DNA from: Seison nebaliae
Lineage: Eukaryota
Reading direction: 5' to 3'
Assembly (NCBI GenBank): GCA_023231475.1
Contig: JALJEE010002013.1
Location: forward strand, 1-64,000
DNA length: 64,000 nucleotides
Shown piece by piece: positions 38,601 through 51,500 of this stretch. Below the pieces are notes generated by a model. That model worked only from the letters and a program-made list of their open reading frames with translations, was not told the DNA's origin and did not search any database. The translations under genes were made by a program, and so were the position numbers. Position 1 is the stretch's first letter, and every line of letters starts with the position of its first letter.

Positions 38601-40803
38601 ATCACTTGGAACGGATTATCATGAAAGAGCAGCTGCAAGATTTACAATGAAAGAATTATTGAGAGATAACAATATGGAATATCATGGACATGTTCTATTA
38701 ACTTGTTAGGAGAATTAGTTATGTTCTCACTAATAAATTCTTTGTTTGTAGCTATTGAAAAAGGTGAAAGTTTTGGAATGAATTTCGGATCAATTCAGTA
38801 TGTTATTCGACTAAAAACATCGTTTGAACATTCTCTAAAATTATATCGAGTTTATTTTTTCTCTTTCTTTCATTTATCTATAATATGTCTTATGTTTTAG
38901 CAACGGGCTAAAGCTCTCGGATATTTCCATGGGAATTTGAATTCGGAGAATGAAGGAGTAGAATCGAAAGAAGAAAAATTGACAAAGACACCTAGTATAT
39001 ATGATGAGGAAATTGAAGAAGAGCCAGTACATTCGGATCAACTGAATAAAATGACTAAAGTACTGAAAGATTTTTATCAGAAAACAGATGGAAATCAAGC
39101 GGAATTAGGAGAGAATGAAAATGAATTAATTATAACTCTAATTGGATGTTCAAATTTACGTCATCAAAGTAATCGGAAGAATATGGATGATAAGATACAG
39201 TCATATGCAGTTTATAGATTCTATAATTCAGATGATCATTGTACAGGAATTATTCCTTATTCCAATAATCCAAATTATTCGGATACTGCACGTTATCGCG
39301 TTAATATTGATCTCGATCTCTCAGGATATCTCAAAATGGATGTTAATTTTAAAATTTATCTTTTATTTCTCATGTTCTTTCTCAGACATTGGACGTTTAT
39401 GTGTTTGATGATGGATGGTCGATTGACAATGAATATTTGGGAAAAGCAGAAATTAGTCTTCTCGCTCTCATTCATAATAAAAAAATTCGAGGAAACTATA
39501 AATTAACAAATGTTATTATTTTTAGGACGAACATAATTATATTATTCTTTGTAGCAATCAGATCAAAATGTTGGAACGATTCAACTTGCATTCTACTGGA
39601 CTAAACCATATCATGATATCGGTTTCGTAGAACATGTCGAATATAATCCAAATAGTAAACAAAGAAATCGTAATTGGAATAACAATAATGATATTGAAGA
39701 GAATGAGAAAGACGAGGAACAATCAGAACATCATTTTAATAAAAATAACAAATCTGACGATAATAATGGTGATGTTGTCGTTAGTATTGTAAATGTTTCT
39801 AATATTAATGGATAATATCCATTTGATATTCTAAGAATAAACTAAATTCCAGAAAATTTTAATTTTTTATAATAATTTTATTTTTTAAATTTTATTTAAT
39901 TTTTCTTGTTTAATTTTTCCTTCAAATTTCTTTAATCTTTCGTTGAAGAAGAATGATAAGGAGAATGGTAGTTACAACGAAATATCTGACGATGAAACGG
40001 ATTACGATATGAATGAATTATCGAAACAATATTTGAGAACTATCGGTAATGGATCAGACGGTGATAGTTATCATGAAGAATTTTCAGCCAAACCGTTTGC
40101 TGATGTCAATGAATTTGAGAAGACAAATGAAGACACATTTGAAATAACGAACAATGAAGAAATGATGATATCACGTAAATTAGATAAATTGATGGTAACA
40201 ATAAATTATTTCGTAATCAACGATGAAATGGAATTAGACAAGTGGTCTTCAAATGACAAATATTATGTCAGTTTGAAATTCTTCAATTATTCGGAACGTT
40301 GTAAGGAAACAAACGAGAAACCGAATGTTGGTGAGAAATCTGTTTTCAATTACCAAATCGGTTCATTTTTTAATTTATTATAAATACCTTTTCATTAATT
40401 CTTCATAGATATCGATATATCTGATTTTGAAAAATTGATTATTGATGAAGTGTCAAGAGAAGAAGATCCATTTCATGAAAAGTTTATTTTCAAAAAATTC
40501 ATCCAAATAATATCGATTATTATTATCATTATCTAGTGATGTTGGATTAAAAATACTTGTGAATTGCCAATCTGACAACAGTTTACTTGGCTTCGCTTCA
40601 ATACCATTAAAAGGAATTTATGATTCTGGGAAAGATATTATTGATGAAGATGTTGAATGTTAGTGACGAATTTAATAATGTTTAAATTAAATCTTTATCG
40701 TTTAGTAAATGATAATAATGATGAATTGACAATTGGAGAGATTAATATCTCCGTACAAAGTAACCGTTTATTACAACGACTAATGGGCAATACTTTTAAC
40801 TAA
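35664..40803 (+). CDS. RPGRIP1L: RPGRIP1L/MKS5 ciliary transition-zone protein (coiled coils + C2 domains, ~23 exons)
   Basis: Spliced motifs DLEEEFIKLKNEN..QEEKIRKMATKLIKL, YSKVVARIDTG, VAQLEGTLKSDL, QLKDIAYGT, LAQGENVIEIQI..PSTFISIDFYQH, LYRQRAKALGY, YRFYNSDDHCT.IIPYSNNP, VYVFDD..YLGKAEI. 22 frame-consistent introns; stop TAA 40801-40803. Confidence 0.92.
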
Positions 40804-41258
40804 TCTGATGATAATGAATATAATGATAATGATATCAATTTTTTGAATGATAATCATCATTTATCCTTCATTTCTTTTTCCGTTAATTTATTTTCTGTTT
40901 ATTTTATTGTGAAAAATAAGAGGGAAAAAAATACCAGAAAATTTTTTAAAATGAAAACAAGAAATAATGGAAATTGTGAGATTCATCATCAAATAAAAAG
41001 ATTATAAATGCCTTATAAAATGGAGAAGCAGCAAATAAAAATGAGAATTTTCCAGAATATTTAACGATTCCGCTCATGAGAAAACATTTCAATTATCATA
41101 CACGTGAAAGCTAAATAGGAATCGTAGATAAAATTAATAATATGAAAATTTTAGTTTACTAAAAACCAGTTTGGAGGAAATCTGATGGAGAAAACATTAT
41201 GGTTTAAGATTCGTAATTGAGTGTCGAAATTTGGTTTTCTTCTTTCCACATTCTCAAC

Positions 41259-41957
41259 TTAAACATCCGCTTGACGTGACTTTTTGCGACATCTCCAACA
41301 AACGAATACAGTTATGGCCACCAAAGCCAAAAGAATTGGGATTGTAATACCAGAAATTAATCCGGCTTTATTTTTTTTGCAACAGAATTGGTTATTAGAC
41401 GGACCACAACAAGCATTATTCTCTGGAGGATCAGCTCCGGATGGACATTTGAAATAAGCATTGCCTACTTGTTTACCTAACGCAACATTTTTGCAAGTTG
41501 TTTGTTTTGAGCTGGAGCCACCAAAACCTTCAATAAAGAAATGTTAGAGGACAAATATAAGATGATTGTTTCGATAAACATGTAAACAATAATAAAAATT
41601 TTGTTTTAAGAAAATCAAGAAAGAAATAATCGATCACTAACCAAACACTTTCGACATTAACAGTCCACCAATAATTTTCTTTATGAGACTGGAAGAAGAA
41701 CCGCTGTCTGATCCACTACCACCTCCTCCAAGTAATCCACCCAAACCACCAAATGGGCTTGATTCTTGGCCTGGTGAGTCACTATTTTTACATCCTTCAC
41801 TTTGTGGACTATCAAATTTTTTTATTCTTCGATATTCTGCTAAGAAACTGCGTATTGTTGTTTGTACGTTTGTTGGCAAGACTTCACATTTCTGTCCCGA
41901 ACTTATCACGAACAGTGACGAGAAGATGATATTGGTTAGCACAAGTATATGCTTCAT
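41259..41957 (-). CDS. Shisa-like single-pass membrane protein with Gly/Ser-rich N-terminal insert (2 exons)
   Basis: Signal peptide; intron 41528-41641; exon 2 TCK..YFKCP..NNACCGPSNNQFCC, then TM (GLISGITIPILLALVAITVFVCW) and basic stop-transfer RCRKK. Confidence 0.7.
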
Positions 41958-42414
41958 TTACCTTTAACAATAGAAATGTACCTAGAAATCCTTGAAGAGA
42001 ATTGCACTTTTATTATATTTTAAAATTTTTATGTTTTAAATTAATGAGAATGTTATGTAACAGTTAAGTAAATTAAGAAAAGAAAAATTTCAAAGTTTTC
42101 AAAAAGAAAAAACATCGAGAAAATATCTGAATTATATGTTTCATAAAAACAATGTGGAATTGGGAAAAACGAACATAATTAGAAGTCAAACGTCACAATT
42201 TTTATTAAAGATAAGTGAAATCGATAAAAAGATATATATGTCAAAGGATGATGAATTGAAAAAAAATCGATATGAAGTCAAAGAGGAAACAATGGAGACT
42301 TGTGGATGAGTAGGAATAATTGTATAATAAAATGAAAGTTAGAGAATGGAGAAAGTGGAAAATGAAGAAAACGAGTGGAAAGTTACTATCATTATTCAAG
42401 GTCAAAATAACCAT

Positions 42415-42881
42415 TTAGAGAATGTTGATAATAACATAGAAAGCTAAGAAAGAAGAGAGAAGAAAATACTCTTTATATTGATAGTTGGGAGCAGTGTTAG
42501 GAATATTAATCTTTCGATTACATTCGTCAGTTGTACAAATACAAACGTATTCGTAGAAATCACCCATTTTACATTCATCCACCAAATAATTCGAATTCTT
42601 TGGTGCACAGAATCGTCTGGCTTTCCTATTACTAAAGTCTCGTCGATCACCTATAAATTTATTTAAGAGAATATCATTTCAAATTTTTAACTCGGTTCTT
42701 GGACAATATAACAGACGTTATCATTCAAACAATCGATTAATTCGTGTTGCGTCTCATCAAAATCATAATTACATACGAAACCTAGACATCTCCAACATTT
42801 GAATTGTTGCCGGATTTGTGGTTCGCAATTTATGGCAACAGCAACAACAATTAAAATATGAATTGAATTAAGTAGTTTCAT
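42415..42881 (-). CDS. Ly6/three-finger (Quiver/sleepless-like) probably GPI-anchored protein (2 exons)
   Basis: Signal peptide; 10 Cys from KCWRC to CICTTDECN after removing intron 42651-42691; hydrophobic C-terminal tail. Confidence 0.8.
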
Positions 42882-43352
42882 GAGAAGTTGAGAACATTTA
42901 AGAAAATCGTTCTTTTATAATATTCTAATATCTAATAACTTCCATTCCATTCCGTTTCTTTTCATTTTCCCTCACCATCAACCAATTAACATTCAGATTA
43001 ATTAGATGATTAAGGAATTCTTTTAAGTTTTACATTAAATTACATTAATTTCTCCTTGTAATCAGAAGAAAGTTTGTGAGTTTTATGCAATTCTCGATAA
43101 TGTTTTCGAAAAAATTCGACGGATTTATTTTCATAGTTCATAACTTCAACAACTTCTCCAAAAAAACATATTTTATGATTAGTAATTTATGGCTAGAAAA
43201 TAGGAGAAGAGAAAAAGGAGTAATTTGTTTTCCCTCGATCTCGTAGAAGAAAGAAAGAAACATTAAAAAGAGATGAAAATATTTACATGACTTAACTAAT
43301 GATTTGTTCAAATGAATTTTTTATTAAGTTAATTTAGAAAAGGAAAGCTGAC

Positions 43353-43355
<3 letters not shown>

Positions 43356-43385
<30 letters not shown>
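43356..43385. repeat. (GA)n microsatellite
   Basis: Direct reading. Confidence 0.9.
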
Positions 43386-43388
<3 letters not shown>

Positions 43389-43673
43389 TTCATCAAACTG
43401 TCGAATGTTCGATGTTTGTTAAGACTTTAGCACATGCTCCCTATATTTATCATATGGATGGTAATGGACATTCTTATAATACAATTGATTAAAAGTGGAT
43501 TAGGTGAAATTTGAAAATAAAATTTATCATTCGATAATTTAATGAAATAGTTGAAGGATAAATGAAAAAAATTAGAATAAAAGCTTCTTTCATGTTTACT
43601 ATTTACATTTATGTAACGAGATAAAAAAGAAACTGAAAAATATTTAAAAGAGATTGAAAGAAAGGTAAAGGAG

Positions 43674-46112
43674 ATGGAAGAGATAATAAATGAATTAACT
43701 GGAAGATATTTCGAAGTCATCAAAGAGAAATTGATCGTTTCTTGTCGTTTGATTGACGAGAGAATTGTGGAAATCATCTATCGTTATGGTGATGCGATTA
43801 GTATGGAATGGCAACAGGAGATCAGATATGTGACAGACAATCAAAACGGAATGACGATGACTCCATCGATTCCATTTAAAAATATTAAATGTTCCGTCAG
43901 AAAGGAAAACATTTCCTGTAGTTTGAGGAGTCATAATGAAATGAATTATTTGAAAGTCGAATTAATAAATGGAAAATGTGAAATGATTCCAATAAATTAT
44001 AAGATTTTTGAAACGAAACAACCGATCGGTAGTTTGGACATTATGGAAATTGGAAAGGAGAAATCATTCTATCAAATAGCTTTAGTTGTATCGAACATTG
44101 GAGATGAGAAGGAAGAGAAAAAGAATATTTATTTATCTCGATATCTCGAACAAAGGAAGAAGAAGATTTCTAATTTGAACAAAAAAGAATCGAATGATGG
44201 TGGTGATGGTGATGGTAAGAAGAAAGATGATGATGATGACAATGAATCGAAGGATTGGTGGGAATTGGCGAAATTGAATCGGAAGAAAAATAATTATGGA
44301 GAATTGATGAAAACATCATTACCGTCATGTATTTATTGGTTCGATTCGAAACGGAATGAAGAGAAATTGATCAATTTGAAATTGGTGGAGATGAATTCGG
44401 GACATTTCAATTTGAATGTCGGAAAGTGTATTGTGTTGGAGGAAGATATTCTTCTCTTCAATGGCTATTTATCTGATGTGATGAATTTGGGATTAATTTA
44501 TTGTCCCATAAGGAAAAGTGGAATTTTCATGTTGAATTGTCGAAAGAATTTTTTGGTAAGCTTGTCATCGGATGATGATAAATGTATTTATCAATTTCGT
44601 TATCATCATCCAACTGATACATTGATTTGGTTAGAGAATAATTCGTTCGGTGAACATTTACAACAAAGTTCATTGAAATGTTCGAGAGATGTTTTAAGAA
44701 ATTTCAAAGAGATCGAAGAAGAGAATGAGGAATTGAAGAAATGTGGAGAATTGAAGAATGAGATTAAAACAGTAATCGATAATGAGAAAGATCGAGAGAA
44801 ATTGATGTTATTTATTGTGATGAATGATCTTCCCGTTCATCCTTTCCGAATGATAAAAAATGAATTATATTTATTTCTCACCATATTAAAAGAAATGAAA
44901 TTTCAAAGTTTTTTCATTAATTTGAAAACAGGACAATTCTCCAATATTAATCAATTGTTCGATATTCCCAAATCGAGTAATGCCATCGCTGATATGAATG
45001 GAGATCGATTGGTGATATTAGAAGATGAATTTAATAAGAAACCGATAGCGAATCTTTATGGTTTTGATGAAAATAATAAATTGGAACTTTTGAAGAAGAA
45101 TATTTCAAATGAATCGAATTTAAATCATTCAATTCGATATCGTTCTTGTGAGACATCTGAGAATATTCAATATTTGATTGTTGATGGAATGGAAGTAAAT
45201 GATGGAAATGAAACGTTTAATAAAATTAAATATCGTGCAGAAAAAAGTTTAATCGTCTTGATACATGGAGGACCACATTCATCTGTTGTTAATTGTTATT
45301 CACCATTCGTCCATTTTTTCACATCTCTCGGTTTTCGAATTCTTATGCCGAATTATCGAGGATCGATCGGACATTCATATGAATATATGAATTCATTACC
45401 TGGTTCAATTGGTTCGATGGATGTGGAAGATGTGATCGATTGTCTTCAACATTATTTAATTTCAGAGAATTTATGTGAAAATTCTGAAAATTTTCAAAAG
45501 ATCATTGATGGAGAATTGTCGATACATGATGGTAATAATCCTTTATCCATTCATTTATGTGGTGGTTCTCATGGAGGATTCTTAGTGACTTGGTTAGCTG
45601 GAAAATATCCGAATTTATTCGATACTTGTATAGCAAGAAATCCGGTGGTACATCTTCCATCAATGCTCCAAACATCAGACATTCCTGATTGGGTATTATA
45701 TGAAGTATTCAAAATCCAACAAAATACTCAAATGTTCGATGATAATTTAATCAATTCCTTATCAAACGAACAAATAAGGAAATTGGAATTAGCATCACCA
45801 ACTTCTCAAATTAATAATATTCGTTGTCGAACAGTTATGCAAATTGGAATGGAGGACGCTCGTGTACCTCCTTCTCAAGGTATCAATTTTATGAAACGTT
45901 TAGCTCTCGTTCAAAATCGAAATGGCAATCGTTTCAAGAAATGCCTCGAAGACAAATTGAAGATGTTTAAAGAGGATATTTCTAAGGAAACTTTCCAATC
46001 AAAAGACATGTTTCTTCAAACTTCTATTTATCCGAGTGATTCACATCCACTTTCTCGAATGGACACCAGAATCGATTGTGACATCAACACAACATTAGCT
46101 TGTTTATTTTAA
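43674..46112 (+). CDS. APEH: Acylamino-acid-releasing enzyme (S9C prolyl oligopeptidase family)
   Basis: LIHGGPHS, NYRGSIG, nucleophile motif GGSHGG, ARNPV, SDIPDW, EDARVPPSQG (Asp), YPSDSHPLS (His). The 5' end may extend upstream. Confidence 0.88.
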   Translation: MEEIINELTGRYFEVIKEKLIVSCRLIDERIVEIIYRYGDAISMEWQQEIRYVTDNQNGMTMTPSIPFKNIKCSVRKENISCSLRSHNEMNYLKVELINGKCEMIPINYKIFETKQPIGSLDIMEIGKEKSFYQIALVVSNIGDEKEEKKNIYLSRYLEQRKKKISNLNKKESNDGGDGDGKKKDDDDDNESKDWWELAKLNRKKNNYGELMKTSLPSCIYWFDSKRNEEKLINLKLVEMNSGHFNLNVGKCIVLEEDILLFNGYLSDVMNLGLIYCPIRKSGIFMLNCRKNFLVSLSSDDDKCIYQFRYHHPTDTLIWLENNSFGEHLQQSSLKCSRDVLRNFKEIEEENEELKKCGELKNEIKTVIDNEKDREKLMLFIVMNDLPVHPFRMIKNELYLFLTILKEMKFQSFFINLKTGQFSNINQLFDIPKSSNAIADMNGDRLVILEDEFNKKPIANLYGFDENNKLELLKKNISNESNLNHSIRYRSCETSENIQYLIVDGMEVNDGNETFNKIKYRAEKSLIVLIHGGPHSSVVNCYSPFVHFFTSLGFRILMPNYRGSIGHSYEYMNSLPGSIGSMDVEDVIDCLQHYLISENLCENSENFQKIIDGELSIHDGNNPLSIHLCGGSHGGFLVTWLAGKYPNLFDTCIARNPVVHLPSMLQTSDIPDWVLYEVFKIQQNTQMFDDNLINSLSNEQIRKLELASPTSQINNIRCRTVMQIGMEDARVPPSQGINFMKRLALVQNRNGNRFKKCLEDKLKMFKEDISKETFQSKDMFLQTSIYPSDSHPLSRMDTRIDCDINTTLACLF

Positions 46113-46476
46113 ATAGTAAGTGATAAGTTTTAGAATTTTAATTTATTCTAATAAAATGTTCGAGTTTTATTCCAAAATATTCTCTTCATTCATAACATAA
46201 AAATATTGAAATAACATAAAAAATGGAAAAAGAAGAATTGGAAATAATAATGTGACGTTGAGTAACAATTTGATTCAGATAATTTGTAACGAATGAGAAG
46301 AAAATTAACGAAATATGTATAAACGATTATGTAGAAATCATTTGATGATTTATAATATAAATTAAGAGAGTTCAATAAAAATTAGCATGATAAAAAACAG
46401 ATTTTGTATAAGTGAGTACAGATCGAGTCAGTTTACAAGGAAATTTTGTTAGTATCAATGATATTGTGGGAGAAAA

Positions 46477-46543
46477 TGATAATAATAATGATAATAATAA
46501 TAATAACAATAATAATAATAATGATGATGATGATGATGATGAT
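46477..46543. repeat. (TAA)n/(TGA)n trinucleotide microsatellite
   Basis: Direct reading. Confidence 0.85.
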
Positions 46544-46641
46544 TAGGAAGAATTGAAAGTAGAGAAAAATGAGAGAATTTAGATTAATTCGATTAGTAAA
46601 ATAAGATAAAATTAATAAGAACTATCAATCGATTCAAACGA

Positions 46642-47289
46642 TTAGAAAGTATGTTCATCGAGTGAATAAGAGAATGTGTTAATATCGTTATTGGTGAAAT
46701 TGTCATTTGGAAACGGTGGTAAATCGTAAATGTTGTTTATTTGATATGGAGTAATCATAGACATGCCACTGTCAAGATAGGAGATAGATGGGAGTTGGTT
46801 CTCTTTATCGTCTTTCAATAAATTCGTCAAATACGTTATATACATAATAGCCCCATATAATATGGATCGTTTGGTGATGAATGGATGTGGTTCACGTATT
46901 CTCAATTCGTTGCCATTGATCATATCGATCAATGTGTCAACATTACTTAGCATAAAATCGAAACTCAATTGCGGCTTCTTCATCATTGGTCCTGACGACA
47001 TTGTTGACGACATTGTTGACGATGAAGATGAAGATAATGGTGAAAGTGGTACAGGCGACGAGAGATATCTCGAATTGCATGGTAATCGATCCCAGAACTT
47101 GTAGCAGCAGAACATGTGAAGGAATTTCTGATCGATACAATCTCGCAAACTATCATAACACTCGTTCTCTGATGTCAATACACTTTTACGTTGTTTCCGT
47201 CGTCGTCCCATATCATGCACTTCGTCCAACTGCTCATCAATCAAATCTCTTTTATTTAGAGAAGAGAGTCGATTCATACATATATCCAA
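46642..47289 (-). CDS. Atypical helix-loop-helix protein with very long loop
   Basis: Helix-1-like ENECYDSLRDCI and helix-2-like TKRSILYGAIMYITYLTNLL separated by ~85 aa; 215-aa intronless ORF. Confidence 0.6.
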   Translation of the reverse strand: MDICMNRLSSLNKRDLIDEQLDEVHDMGRRRKQRKSVLTSENECYDSLRDCIDQKFLHMFCCYKFWDRLPCNSRYLSSPVPLSPLSSSSSSTMSSTMSSGPMMKKPQLSFDFMLSNVDTLIDMINGNELRIREPHPFITKRSILYGAIMYITYLTNLLKDDKENQLPSISYLDSGMSMITPYQINNIYDLPPFPNDNFTNNDINTFSYSLDEHTF

Positions 47290-48568
47290 AATAAGACGAA
47301 ATGATTAATAAATTACCTAAAACGAATTGAGTGAGACACCTCAAATCTTTTCCAAACAAAGAAGAAGTGAATTGAATTAAACAATTCTATAAACTACAAA
47401 GAAAGAAAGTTTAGTTGAGACGACTTCTTTTTATATATCTCGTTTCCTCTCATAATGACATGTCATGATCCAGATCTGCTTTTTCCTAAAGCCACTTACT
47501 TCCCTTTAGGGTTGGAGAAGAAACATTTCTTTAAACATTCAAAACGAAAACTTTTCTTTATCAATGACGAAAAGACAGTTCTCATTTTTCTTTTCTTCCT
47601 TATGAAAGCAGATCTCAAATTACTCATACCGCCAAAAGATAAGTTGTGTAATTAATTCGGAAAGAAATTACTTTCTGTTGTACTTAAAATATAAAAGGAA
47701 ATTTATGAGTAGAATTCCATAAAAGAAAATCGATATTATTTCATAAATCATACCATTTGACGTAAAACTTTTTCATGCACTTCTTATTCGTAGCTGAAAT
47801 AATTTATAGAATTAGAAATAAAAAAAACTAGAAAAAAAAATTGCGATTTCAAAAAAATTATAAAATGAGCTTCAGGCTGCGCGTGAAATAATTAATTAAT
47901 TTTAAAATGAATTTTTAGAGAATTGAGAGAAATTTGAAAAAGATCGTGATCGCTCTTGAATCAAGCTTGGCATTTGAACAAATTCAAATTTTATTCAAGC
48001 AAGTTCCCAAATGGAGTGAGAGGATGTTTGTGAGCTAAAAGAAAAGAAAAAGTATTTAGTTTGATTAATTAAAATTACGACGTTCTGTGATTCGTAATTA
48101 TAAGTCTGGTAATTCGTTTTTTTTCCTTCATTTTATTTGCACACTATTCACCACACACACACACACACACAGATATATACACATCTCCCATTTGTGTCCT
48201 CATCTTTCGATATAATGGTCACGTTCGCACACAATTTCTCTCATTCGCTTCGTAATCCCACATCTTGTACGGACGTGTAGATGAGAAGGAGGAGGGCGAG
48301 GAGAGAGAATGATTTGAATAAATGTAAGATTACTATTTTTCCAGAGTTAAAAGATGATATTGTCTGATTTTTTAAAAATCTTCCTTTTTCTTCCCTCACC
48401 GTTTTTTCTTGCCCTCCCTAAAACTTTATTTCGATTGTGAATTTCGTTTGTGGATTTGTATCAATTAATGTATCATCCTATTAAATTATTCAGATAATTC
48501 GTTCGGGGACAGAATTTCCTTTTCATCAATTGGAAGACTATTGGAAGTGAGTTTGAATTAGTCATAGA

Positions 48569-51500
48569 ATGCGTATGGAGAACGTGACGGATAAAGAAGA
48601 AGAGGATGATCTTTACAATTTCCGATTGATGAGTCCCGATCACGAGAATGAGAATAACATCAAATTTAATTTAAAGAGTCAGAACGAACAATTGATCGAA
48701 ACGATTTCGATAATTTTAGACGAATGTCATTCCGATGATTTCGAGAAGAATTATTGTACGGATTTACGATATAAATTGAAGAATTATGAGACAATTAATG
48801 AATTGTTGGACTTGGCACATTTGTTCAATGAGAATTTGTCAAAATGGAAGAAAGATAATCCGTCAATGATATTAATGAATTATCGATTGGAGAAGTATGC
48901 TCCACTTCCATTTCTCTCACATGTGATGCATGTAGCATATACGAGATCGGTAAAAGATCCGGAAAAATTGAATTGTTATCCACCATTCTCCAATCGTGTT
49001 TATGGTGAAACGTCATTCAAATGTATCGAAGAATTAATTAAGGAATTAGAATTTGAAATCGATGAATCATTCTTGGATTTGGGTAGTGGTGTCGGTCAAG
49101 TGGTACTTCAAATGGCAGCGATGTTTCCGTTGAGGGAAAGTGTAGGAATCGAATTAGCCGACACTCCGGCAACATATGCCATCGACTTACAAAAACATTT
49201 TATCGATTGGATGAAATGGAGCGGTTTCGCTTTCTCTCCTACCAAATTGATTAAAGGCGATTTCCTCAACGAATCTTTCATTCCTATCATTCTCAATTCG
49301 AAATGTATATTTATTAATAATTATGCATTCTCTCCAGAAGTTGATCATCAATTAAAAGAAATTTTCAAATCAACTGAAAAAGGGACAGTTCTCATTTCTT
49401 CTAGATGTTATGTACAATCGAATTTCCGAATAACTCCTCGTAATACGAATGATATTGGTGCAATAATTCTTTTGAAACGAATGTTATATGGTGATGTGAG
49501 TTGGACAAATAAACGAGTCACATTTTATATTCAAGTTATTGATCCAACAATTCTTGAAAGATGGTATGAAGAAAGAAATGAAATGACAAAGAAGAAGAAA
49601 CGAGAGAAAAAAGAACGAGCTCTAAAAAATGCTATAACCAATTATTCAGAAGGACATAATGGTACTAATGAGAAAGAAGTTGGTTATGATGATGGACATG
49701 AAAATAAAGAAAGAAAAGAAAACGTTCCAGATGATATTGCTGATAATGAAGATGATAATAATGATGATAATGAGATTGAAGAAAGTGGTGACAATTATTC
49801 GGAAGAAGATTATCTAGAAGAAAAAAAGAAAAATCGTCGATCAAGAAAACCATCGAAACGTCGAAAAAATAATATCATTTCTACATCGACCACTCAGAGT
49901 AATGTGAATCGAATGAACAAGACGAATCGAAGAAAATTAAGAAGTCCTATCAATTCGTTCGATTATTCTGATATGTCAACTGATCGAAAACGAAATAACA
50001 AGAAAGTTATTCCAACAAAAAATAAGGTCATCAAATATCATTTGAGAAGGAATTCCATCGCAAACGATAATATTGTCGATGGTGATGTGATGGAAAGTGG
50101 TGGTGAATTTGACGGAAATAATTCAGTAAATGCTCGAAAACGTCTTCACAGTTATAGCGATCTTGATGAGAAGAGGAAAGAGAATGAGACGATAAATGAG
50201 AAAAGATCTCAAACGAAAAAAAGTAAACGAATCGAAACATCGGACGATGAAATCATTTCGACAGTTACAACTGTTACCACAATTCCTTTAATTGGACTGC
50301 GTGGATCGAAGATTAATGCGTTAACGAAAATGAAGTTGAGAGTATCATCAGACGATGATGTTATTCAGGATAAAAGAGAAAAACTTATAAATAAAATCGA
50401 AGATAATTTCCAATCTGATATTGTTACAAATTCATCGAAGAAAATTGAATTAAAATTGAAAACGGAAGAAGAAGTGACAGAAAATGAGAAACGATCAGAA
50501 GAGGGAACAGTTAAAAGAAAACGTGGACGACCACGATCAGTTGGGAAGAAACCGAAAATGGTTTTGGTTCAAACGAATTCGGATAAATCTGATAAATCTG
50601 ACAAAGATGGGAAAAGTTTGAGAAAGTTTTCTCGATCAGAAAATGATAAGAAATTGGAAGAAATCGTTCCGAAAACTTCGGAGAATGATGATAAAGAGAA
50701 TAAAAATAGTTATGATTTTTTTTTTTTTAATTTAAAAATTTTTCTTTTTTAGATTATTTAGATGTTGTTTATGGAAATGCTTTAGATGTACTCGAAAAGT
50801 TGACGGTAAGAGAATTGGAAAATATATCGGATGATAATTTTTATCGACCATCACCAGATGACGTTAATGTGCCATGGCTGAGCAGCATCAAATGTCAAGC
50901 GGATAATGCAAAAATTATCACATCTTCTCAAATTCGTTTTCATTTTTATTTTTTATGAATGAAATATTGAAAAAAAATTGTTTTAGATAAAGAATATATG
51001 GAAGAAAAAGAGAAAGAGAAAGAGGAATTAAAAGTGGAAAAAAGAAAAAAGAATGAAAAAAAGAAGAAAAATGAAGAGATGTCAATTCAATTATTTGTCG
51101 ATTTCATCAAGAGTGATGTAGATAAAAGAAGAAATCTCTTCCAATTGTTGAGAAAGAAAAAATTCTTATCAAAATTGAAAAATAAAGAAATTGATTCATT
51201 CGTCGAATGGTTAGACAAAGAAATTTGTGTGGAAAAGGTTCGTTCATTTTTGGCTTGAAAAAATATAAATTTTGTTTTTTTATAATTTTCAGAAATTCTC
51301 ATCAGAAATCAAAGAGAAATTTGAGAAAATAAAAGATGGCCAGAAAACGATGTTGGATGAGAGACGTTTACTCCATTTGACAATTATGAGATTTTGGAAA
51401 CAACAAAGTGAAAGTGAATCAGAAAGGAAAAATTTTGAAACAATTGAAAATTGTTTTGCTCATGAACAATTACCATCTCAAGAATTATTAGGGACGGCAA

